Below are positions 54,395-64,000 of a stretch of 64,000 nucleotides of DNA, one piece after another (position 1 is the first letter of the stretch; every line of letters begins with the position of its first letter). Origin of the DNA: Octopus vulgaris (taxonomy: Eukaryota); the NCBI GenBank assembly GCA_951406725.2, contig OX597817.1:78182001-78246000 (forward strand), given 5' to 3'. The notes under the pieces were generated by a model that searched no databases, was not told where the DNA came from, and saw only the letters and a list, made by a program, of their open reading frames with translations. Both the position numbers and the translations under genes were made by a program.

Positions 54395-55045
54395 TATATG
54401 TGGTCATTTAATATCCTAAAAATAACAGCCAAATCTCCATAAAATCACATGCTACATCTTAAAACTTTGAAGGCCATGCTAGAGAATGTAGCGTAAGATA
54501 TAGGAAAAAATTAGAAGTTCATGGTTGAAATGCTTTCAATCATAGTTTGTTTAATCACGTCTAACCTAGGGCTAAATAGCAACAGCAATAACAAGAAGAA
54601 GAACAACAACACTGACAATGAACTGGCCCTCTGTTGGTTATGATGATGAAAGTTTCAGTTGAAATTAGCATACATGTGGCTGAGTACTCCACAGTCACAT
54701 GTACCCGTAATGCAGTTGTCATGTTCAAGGACACAATGCCTCACTGGGATTTGAACTCATAACCTTACAATCGTGATCTGAACACCCTAACCACAAAGAC
54801 ATGTGCCTTCACTGACAATGAACTAAAGAAGAAGTATTTATATAGACAATTGACTTGCTAGAAACAGCAGCCTAATCTCCATGAAATCACATGCTATTAT
54901 CATTATCAAAATGATTGAGCCATTGAGGGACACATTAGATAATGCAACCTGGGATTTTCTTGTACATAGAACAAAAAGACAGGATGGTCATGGCAGGCAA
55001 GCCTTTGAGCATAAGTCTGTTCCATCAGGAGAGACCTGGGACTTT
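54395..55045 (+). mobile_element. Two copies of repeat family D (54395-54580, 54848-55045) flanking a minus-strand family C SINE (54625-54812)
   Basis: cagcc(a/t)aatctccat(a/g)aaatcacatgcta recurs; cactgacaatgaact is duplicated on both sides of the family C copy. Confidence 0.75.
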
Positions 55046-55113
55046 AACAATATTAACAATAATATTTGCTATACTGACAAAACAAAATTACCTCCACCTC
55101 CACCTCCACCACC

Positions 55114-55145
<32 letters not shown>

Positions 55146-56191
55146 CAACAACAACATTAACAACAACAACAGCTGCAATGACAATAGCATAAAGAACTCA
55201 ACAACTATACATGTAACTACAACAACAATACTAACTACAACAAACAAAATATACAGCAATTGTTAGTGAAAAAGTGTGTACATTTATGTTTTATGTACAT
55301 GTTTGCATGTACATGCACGTCATATATACATGTGCATATGTTCACATGTACCTACATATATATACATACACACACACATAAATACTTATATGTGTGTGTG
55401 TGTGTGTGTATGCATGTATGTATGTATATATACATGTGAGCATACATAGACACATGTATACATGTATTCATGTACTTTCTCTCTCTCCTTAATTCTTTAA
55501 AAACTCTACACACCCTCTAGGCATACGAACGTATACATGCACATGCAAACACATATACATCCATGAATATGTATTTAAATGTACACATGCACAAATTCTA
55601 AACATGCACACCAACAAATATACACGCATACATACACATACACATACACATACGCATACATAAGCACACAGATGAAAACAACCACGTTCCCTTTTTTACC
55701 CTTTACAAAGTCAGTAAAACTCCTTATGTGGGTTATATACACTCAAATATACCCACACATATGCATGCATATGCACAAGCACATACTACATAGATATACA
55801 CACATATGCAAATACATATACAAATATATGCACACAAAACATGCAAACATGCATGTTCCTGCATGAGCCCATGTACATCTACACACATTCAGACACATCC
55901 ATACATGTGCAGTCACAAATATATATTCACACACACACATACATACAAACATATATATATATACACTCATGAACTCATATGCATTTACATACATTCATAT
56001 ACATGCATACACATAAATTCATATGTACACACACACACATATACACACATGTAGATATACATACACCCCCCACATATATATATATATACATACACACACA
56101 TATCTACATACATGCAAGCAAGCAAATCATGAATACAAGCATACATTTATATTCATATATACAGATGCATATAGATACATGCACACACACA

Positions 56192-56243
<52 letters not shown>

Positions 56244-57288
56244 CACATATCTACATACAAGCATGCATACAAACCGTGCACACATGCATATATTTTTATT
56301 CATATATGCATACACACACACACACATATATACATATGTATATGAATAAATATATATATATACACACACACACACATATATATATGAATATATATATCTA
56401 TCTACATATACATATGAATATATATGAATGCATGTATATATATATGTGTGTGTGTATATATATACATATATATATGTATGTATGCATGTATATACACACA
56501 TGTACACTCATACAAATTCAGATAAGTGCATAAATATGCATTCATATGCATTCAAATAAACATATATATTCTTTTATATATATCTATGTATGTGTGCACA
56601 CAGATACACGCATACATATACAGACATGCACAAACACTGACAGAAATACACACACACACATACACACACATACATACATACATACATACATACATACATA
56701 CATACATACATACATACATACATACATACATACACATGCATACATACATGTGCATACACTACACCTCCCTTCCATTTCTTTGACTATCTATTTACTCATC
56801 GTCCTCTGCACAGACACATGCATAATCAAACACACATACACACGTACACACATACGCACGTACACACATACACATTCACACACACACACACACACACACG
56901 CAAACATGCACGCCCACATCCTATCGCTCTTCCTTTTCCTCTCTCCTCCTCCCTGTTTCTCATAGGAAAACAATGATTAAGACTCAGTTTTGTATAAATG
57001 GTGAAAGGTACCAAGATGATCCCATGGCAAAAAGAAGGGGAAGGATGATGTGTATGCATTGGTAAATACTGAAGGTAATGGTGGGGGCGGGGGCGGTGAT
57101 GGTAGTGGTGGTGGTGGTGTTGGTGGTGGTGGTCATTAAAGAGGTTGTCTTTGATCTTTTCAAAATATGTCTTCTTTTCCCTTCTCCACACTGCTACACT
57201 GTTCTTGTATTTTAGAAGCCTCAAAAATATACAACTTCCACCCTTAATTCTTTCAAAATCTTTTATTAACTCACTGTCCCTTTATCTT

Positions 57289-57340
<52 letters not shown>

Positions 57341-57391
57341 GTGCACCCTCTTCCCTCTACATATTTCTATATGCGTGTGCATATGTGTGCA

Positions 57392-57443
<52 letters not shown>

Positions 57444-57517
57444 TGTATGTATGTAAGTATGTATGTATGTATGTATGTATGTATGTATGTATCTATCTAT
57501 CTATCTATCTATACATC

Positions 57518-57555
<38 letters not shown>

Positions 57556-57645
57556 TATATATACGTCCATAGCTAGATAGATATAAACAGGTAAATGTAT
57601 ATGTATATATATGTGTGTGTGTCTGTGTATGTATACATATATGTG

Positions 57646-57683
<38 letters not shown>

Positions 57684-57732
57684 CATACATAAATCTATAT
57701 ACGCATAAATATATATATATATACGCACATAT

Positions 57733-57800
<68 letters not shown>

Positions 57801-58751
57801 TTATTTACATACATACACACAGACAGATATATGTAGACATATATATATATGTATGTATATAAATATATATATATGAGTGTGTGTGTATACCTTGTCCTTC
57901 TATTCATTTATAATCCACCAATCTATCTACTTAGTAAACAAGTTAGTGATCTATTTACTCCACAGATATCTGATATCTACTGGTTTATCTACCTCTTAGT
58001 CACGTCTATCTATCTATCTATCTATCTATATATATATATATATATATCTACCTACCTACCTACCTACCTATCTATCTATCTGTCGATCTTTCTAACTCTC
58101 TCTTTCCCTCATTCCCTATATATATATGTGTGTGTATGCATATATATACACATATATACACACATGTATATATATGCATAGATACATACATATATTTATT
58201 GGTCAATCACTTGGTATGTCTACTTATATATACATACATACATACATATGAACACACGTGTGTGTGTGTGTGCATGTGTGTGTGTGTGCGTGTGTGTGTG
58301 TGTGTGTGCATCACCATCATTAACACAGCTGCCACTAATATCACCACCACCACCACTACCATTGACATCCCCAACACCCCCACAACAACAACAACAACAA
58401 CAACAACAAACAACAACAATAACCATAAACCCCACAGCAATCACCATCCTCAACCACCTCACCAGCCCACCTTCACCCAGACCTGTCCCCACCACCACCA
58501 CTCCGGCACCTTCTATCCACTACCAGTCCAATCTTTACCTACACCCACCCTTCTTTATTTCTTCCTCCTCCTCCTCCTCCTCCTCCCCTTCCTCTTCGTA
58601 CACCCAGAAGTGGACACAATAGAATACAAGAATGCCTCTGATGAAAGCCATGAAATCCTGACATAATAAACCAACAAAACTGCAAACACCCTGACCATCG
58701 CACTGCTTCTCTTACTCTGCTCATATTTTCCGCATTTCTTTCTCTTTCTTT

Positions 58752-58799
<48 letters not shown>

Positions 58800-59114
58800 T
58801 CCTCCTTCCTCTTCTCACCCCCACACCCATCCCCCGTCTTTCAGTTATCTTTGAAGTCCCCAGTACACTGTTTCTGGAAGTCATTTTTTTTTCTCCTTCC
58901 TTCCCTTCATTTTTTTGTTTTTTGTTTTGTAAATACATACACATACACACATATATACACAAACTCAAATACACACTCATACTTACACATACACACATAT
59001 ACACATATGAATGCATGTGTGCACACATTCACGCCAAATTGTATAAAAAAAAAACACATGCACATGACCTGATGTGATTTTGCACAATTCCCTGTTATAT
59101 TATGCACATATCTA

Positions 59115-59510
59115 TGGTGCAGCTGATAGCGGTAGGGACGATGGTGGTAGGGGTGTTGATGTTGATGGTAGTGGTGCTAATGGTGGTGGTGGTGTTGATG
59201 TTGTTGTTGGTGATGATGTTGATGGTGGAGGTGTTGATATCAGCATTAGTGGGGGTGGAGGTGTTGATGGTGGAAGTGTTGATAGCGGTAGTGGTGGTGG
59301 AGGTGGTGGGGTTGATGGTGGGGTTGTTGATAGTAGTGGTATTGAGGTGGTGTTGATGGTGGTGGTGTTGGTGGTGTTGATGGTGGTGGCGTTGATGTTG
59401 GTAGTGTTGGTGGAGGAGTTGATGGTTGTGGTGTTGATGGTAGTAGTATTGATGTTGTTGTTGGTGGTGATGTTGATAGTGGTGATGTTGGTGGTGGCAT
59501 TGACGGTGGT
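59115..59510. repeat. GGT/GAT/GTT low-complexity tract
   Basis: Direct inspection. Confidence 0.95.
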
Positions 59511-59721
59511 GCATATACACACATGCATATAGACATATATACACACATATAGATGATATCATATATGCAACGATGCACACACCCAAATGTATGTTTGTAT
59601 ACACTTACTACATGTGTATATGCACATATGTCTACACCATACTACACACACCTTGCACCAACACACACACACACTTATATATAAATATATATATACATAT
59701 CTATATATATATATGTATCAA

Positions 59722-59921
59722 ACTTTGGGACAAGGCCAGTGATTTTGTGGGGAAGTTGATTACATTGACCCCAGTGTTCAACTGGTACTTATTTCATTGG
59801 CTCCTAATTGGATGAAAGGCAAAGTTGACATTAGCGGAATTTGAACTCGGAACGTAAAGACATGAAATGCTGCTAAGCATTTTACCCAGCATGCCAACAA
59901 TTCTGCCAAGCTCACTGCCTT
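59722..59921 (-). mobile_element. SINE family A
   Basis: gaccccagtgttcaactggtactt...ggatgaaaggcaaagttgac...ctcactgcctt. Confidence 0.9.
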
Positions 59922-59952
59922 GATAATATTAAGAATAATAATAATAATAACA

Positions 59953-60023
<71 letters not shown>

Positions 60024-60098
60024 TATAATAATAATAATAATAATAATAATATCCAAAAATACCTTAGGAATGAGAACCCAAGTTCGAAATTTCCCCAA

Positions 60099-60144
60099 GA
60101 CACCTGATGAAGGCTGGAGGGTGTATCAGCCAAAACGTTGTGTT
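60099..60144 (+). ncRNA. Minimal type I hammerhead motif with a G12-to-A core mutation
   Basis: gacac CUGAUGA a ggcug-gaggguguau-cagcc aAAA cg UU guguu; aacguu palindrome at helix III. Confidence 0.75.
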
Positions 60145-60478
60145 AACAGCAAACAAGATGAGGACAAATATCTGTTGAATGTAAATATTATAAATAATGT
60201 ACATAATTCCTCATCTATGGAACCAAAGATTCTTGAAAATCGATGTTAGAAGAGTACTTACAGCTTATGGTTGAGTGGTCAGTAACTAAATTGGCTTCTA
60301 CTGGGTTTTCCTGATGTGGGCCTATTTAGTTACTAGGAGTTCCCAATGAATAGCGAGTACATCCAGCAGTAATTAAAAAAAGGAAACTGTCAAAAGTGGA
60401 TGATCTTGCGTGCTGACTGCTCCCATATTCTGGATAGGAGAATGGTGTCATCAGGATTACTAAACTCCAATGAAATAC

Positions 60479-60691
60479 TTGAAGGAAATTCTGTTGTGTC
60501 TGGGGAGGGTCATTTTCTTTTTGTGCCTTATAATGTAACACACTCATTGGTAAAATTTCCACTTATTTCCTATTTTTATTTTCCTAAAATTTTCATTGCG
60601 TCTTGCAACCTTTTCAATAGTCTTGAATGTGTTACATTATAAGGCACAAAAAGGAAATGCCTCTCCTCAGACACAACAGAATATGCTTCAA
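60479..60691. repeat. Inverted repeat with about 68-bp arms and a 77-bp spacer
   Basis: 60479-60546 matches the reverse complement of 60624-60691; both strands translate HFLFVPYNVTHS in the ORF track. Confidence 0.95.
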
Positions 60692-61185
60692 CACACGAAC
60701 TCATATAAAGAATCTTGCAAACCACATCCAAAAACGAAACTTGAATGAAAGTTATGCCAGTATCTAATTCTATGCAGGAACCAATCAAGGTACAGGTTCA
60801 TAAAGGAAGGTCAAGCCTTATAGGAGTGGAAAAAACTGGGAAAACTTCAGGTTCCTCAATGGCATAAATGTTATAGGAACAACTTACTTAGCAACTACCA
60901 CAAATCATATATTCAGTATGTCCCTCTTTTCAAAGGACAGTATTGTCTGGTTTTAAGGAGCTAGACATAGCTGATATTTCTATCTGGTAAGAGGCTTCCT
61001 TTATTGGTTTGTATAAGTTATTAGTACTGTGGGTATAGATTTCTGGAACAGAGATACCTGCAAGAAAATTAAATAACAGCTGACCTGATATTAACATCTT
61101 AAGCAAGTAGCAGCAGCAAGAACCACTGAAAAAGAATAGCAATAGCAAAACTATCTATATTATAGATATAAAAAATGTATATTAT

Positions 61186-61569
61186 GTAGCTGTATGGTAA
61201 GAAACTTGCTTCCCAAACACATGGTCCCGGGTTCATTCCCACTGCATGGCACTTCAGGCAAATGTCTTTTACTATAGCCTCAGGCTTTAGCCTTGTGAGT
61301 GAATTTGGTAGATGGAAACTGAAAGAAACCCATCATAAGTGTGTGTGTGTATTTGTCACCCCACAATCACTTGACAACCAATGTTGATGTGTTTACATCT
61401 CTGTAGCTTAGTGGTTCAGTACAAGTGACCAATAGAATAAGTACTAGGCTTACAAAGAATAAGTCCTGAGATCGATTTGTTCTACAAAAAAAACCCTTTC
61501 TATGCAGTGCTCTAGCATGGCCATAGTCAAATGACTTAAACAAGTAGAAGAATAAAAGAATAAAAGAGT
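61186..61569 (+). mobile_element. SINE family B
   Basis: gctgtatggtaagaaacttgcttccc...gtcaaatgacttaaacaagtagaagaataaaagaataaaagag. Confidence 0.92.
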
Positions 61570-61714
61570 CCAAGCTCTGCTGAATTATTCGCTTCAATGT
61601 TCATAATAAATGGAGTAAGAAATTTTATCTCTTCAAGGAAATTTATCATAGTATATCATTGCTTTCTAAGCATATTGAACAATATCAAGGTCTTTTTCCT
61701 GAAAAAATCTTTGT

Positions 61715-62093
61715 TATTACCTCTACCTTAGCGAAGGTGGAGGTATTGTTTTCAGTTGCCTTTGTTTGTTTGATTGTTCATTTGTTCTTGGACAAGATAT
61801 CTCAAGAACTGCTGGATGGATTTGGATGAAACTTTCAGGAATGTTTGACCTCATGACTGGCACAAACTGATTAGATTTTGAGACTGAATGGGTACCATTC
61901 TAAATTCTTGGTTATTTTGCTGTTTTTTTAACTTAAATTTTTGAGAGTGGTCGGGTTCATTTTGCGTATTCTCATTTGAGAGAACTGTTGAGTTTATTTC
62001 AGATATTCTCATTCTAAAAATCATCTCCGACTAATCATTGAGAGAACGTTGATGTTGCCTTGGCAAGGTTTGCACTCTCTGAGTGTTTTTGTT
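61715..62093 (+). mobile_element. Helentron-associated non-autonomous element (HINE/DINE-like)
   Basis: 5' stem-loop tacctctacctt-agcg-aaggtggaggta, a (TTTG)n tract, 3' subterminal inverted repeat ccttggcaaggt and hairpin gcactctctgagtgt; T-rich flanks. Confidence 0.75.
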
Positions 62094-62689
62094 ATTATTA
62101 AGTTGAGTATTTTGATGATTAGTGGTTTGATGATAGAACCTTAGTAGTTCTTAGTGTTGAACTGTAGGAATCAAACCATTCCGATCTTTGAAATAATCTC
62201 ATTAAAAATTTTCTTAAATATTGTGTTGATATCCAATTTCAGTAAGTTTATATGTCCACTGGACGGTTTTACTTGTGGTCCTTAAAGGTAAAGTGAGGTT
62301 ATTTTACAATATAGAATTTTGTACATGAAGTTGCAGTGAAATTTTCTGTTGATATTATTAAGGGTTTTCTTGTTACTGTATTTTGTAACTTGTAGTAATT
62401 GCTAAACAATACAATGTATTTTAATATATTTCATACAAGTTTTCCATCTTAAGAAATTAGATTAAAAATTAGTCAATTTCCTGATATCTCAAAATATGAA
62501 ATGTAACATGACTGGAATGAACTAGAGAGAAACTGTTTACAAGTCATTCAGATGGATTGAACTTGCAATTTAAAGGCTGGAACTGTCACACACTGTATCA
62601 CACTGATTCTTCTTGGAAATTACACAAATGTACACGTATCAATGGAATACTCAGCAATGTTTTGAGTGGCACAGGCACTACAAAAGCAG

Positions 62690-63382
62690 AAGAACGTCCC
62701 TGGAAGATAATGAGTGATCTGGAAGACCTGCCATGAGTGGCACCCTTGGAAATGTGGTATTGTGCATCGAGAATTTGTCCCCCAGAACCAGACCAGTAGT
62801 TGCGAGTTCCACTGTGACATTTTGAAGTGCTATTTTTTCGAGTTGAGGGAGGATATTCAGCAAAAGCAACCAGGATTGTGGAGTGCAAAAAATTGGATCC
62901 TTCACAATGATAATTGTTATATCACATGTTCGGATGACCTCTACTCAACTTCTTGACGTCTAGACTTCTCCCTCTATATCTACATATTGGGCTAGCCTAT
63001 TTCATTGTCTGGGAGCATCAACACAACAATAATGTACCCTGTCACCAAGCTCACCTCACTCGTGAGTTTCTCACCAAAAACAACATGGTGTTGCTTCCAC
63101 ACCCACCTTATTTACCAGATTTAGCCCCTGCAGACTTCCATCTCTTTCTCACGATGAAAATGCAGTTCAAAGGTCACTGTTTTAAAACCATTGTTGAGAT
63201 CCAGAGCTACTCACAGAAAATGATTTCCAGGCCATATTCCAAAAGTGACAGGAATGCTGGGACCAGTGCATTGCTGTACAAGGCGACTATTTTGAAGGTG
63301 ATGATGGTAAAACTTATGTAAATAAGTTACTTATTTTTTTGTTAAACATAATTAGTCTGGGAACCTTTTTATACCACTTATG
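62690..63382 (+). mobile_element. Mariner (DD34D) 3' fragment
   Basis: GIVHREFVPQNQT...WILHNDN...LPHPPYLPDLAPADFHLF; interrupted at 62915-63021. Confidence 0.9.
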
Positions 63383-63469
63383 TCATTTATGTCTTCAAGG
63401 AGGTCCACTATGATTTGCAAGAAATTAGTTGCTAATTTTTGTGGGTTAGTGAATCCACAGAAGCGCTAA

Positions 63470-63885
63470 GGGTGATGGTGGTTGTAGTGTTAGTGATGTT
63501 GATGGTGGTGATGATGATGATGATGATGGCAGTGCTGTTAATAGTGGTAGTGATGATGGTGGCAAGAGTGTTGATGTGGATGGTCTTGGTGGTGTTGGTG
63601 TTGGTGGTATTGATAGTGGTGATGATGATGATGGTGGTGCTGATGGTGGTGGTGGTGGTGGTGTTGATGTTGGTAGTGGTGGTAGTGGTAGTAGTGGTGT
63701 TGATGTTGATGGTGGTTCATGATTGCAGTGGTGGTGTTGATGGTGGTGGCGGCAATGATAGTCATGTTGATGTTGGTGTTGGTGGTGTTGATGTTGGTGG
63801 TGGTGAGGTTGGCAGTGATAGTGTTAATGGTGGTGCATTGATGGTGTTAGTGGTGGTTGTGTTGATGGTGGTGTTGGTGGCATGA
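63470..63885. repeat. GGT/GAT/GTT low-complexity tract
   Basis: Direct inspection. Confidence 0.95.
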
Positions 63886-64000
63886 TTTGCATTGTAGTGT
63901 AACCAATGGAGATGTTTGTGATAAAAGTCAAGTTGGTTTTTGATTCTGTCACAGTTTGAATGAGCAATAGCAGAATCTTGTTCAATTCAAGAACATCAGC

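Noticed and set aside
58600-58720. Possible exon, or CUGAUGA...GAAA motif
   Set aside because: No stem II or UH, no convincing splice pair, and no recognisable peptide.
59074-59604. Gly/Val-rich and Pro/Thr-rich structural-protein-like ORFs
   Set aside because: GGT/GAT/GTT low-complexity tract open in most frames; an equivalent tract occurs at 63470-63885.

Overview
This is very AT-rich, microsatellite-saturated animal DNA. The SINE repertoire resembles that of Octopus (coleoid cephalopod) genomes; this taxonomic call is an inference. I can support no host protein-coding exon. Nearly all ORFs in the supplied track are translations of (TA)n, (CA)n or trinucleotide repeats, or of SINEs. The window reads as intergenic or intronic DNA packed with decayed mobile elements. 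These include about 35 copies or fragments of several SINE families, RTE-type and R4/Dong-type LINE fragments, and Tc1/mariner relics of three catalytic spacings (DD34D, DD37D, DD41D). There are also Helitron and Helentron non-autonomous elements, a piggyBac-type MITE, and Penelope-like element (PLE) relics: a reverse-transcriptase pseudogene at about 36.3-38.2 kb and a GIY-YIG C-terminus at about 47.4 kb. The main hidden signal is a set of type I hammerhead-ribozyme motifs with unrelated stems. Five have an intact core (8.7, 10.9, 43.4, 45.3 and 45.9 kb), one has a single core mutation (60.1 kb) and several are degenerate. Most have a palindromic helix III and sit in short unique cassettes embedded in (TA)n tracts. 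In two cassettes an inverted copy begins at or near the predicted self-cleavage site, which suggests mobilisation from self-cleaved RNA (PLE pseudo-LTR or retrozyme-like elements). All calls are by eye; no alignment, folding or database search was run.
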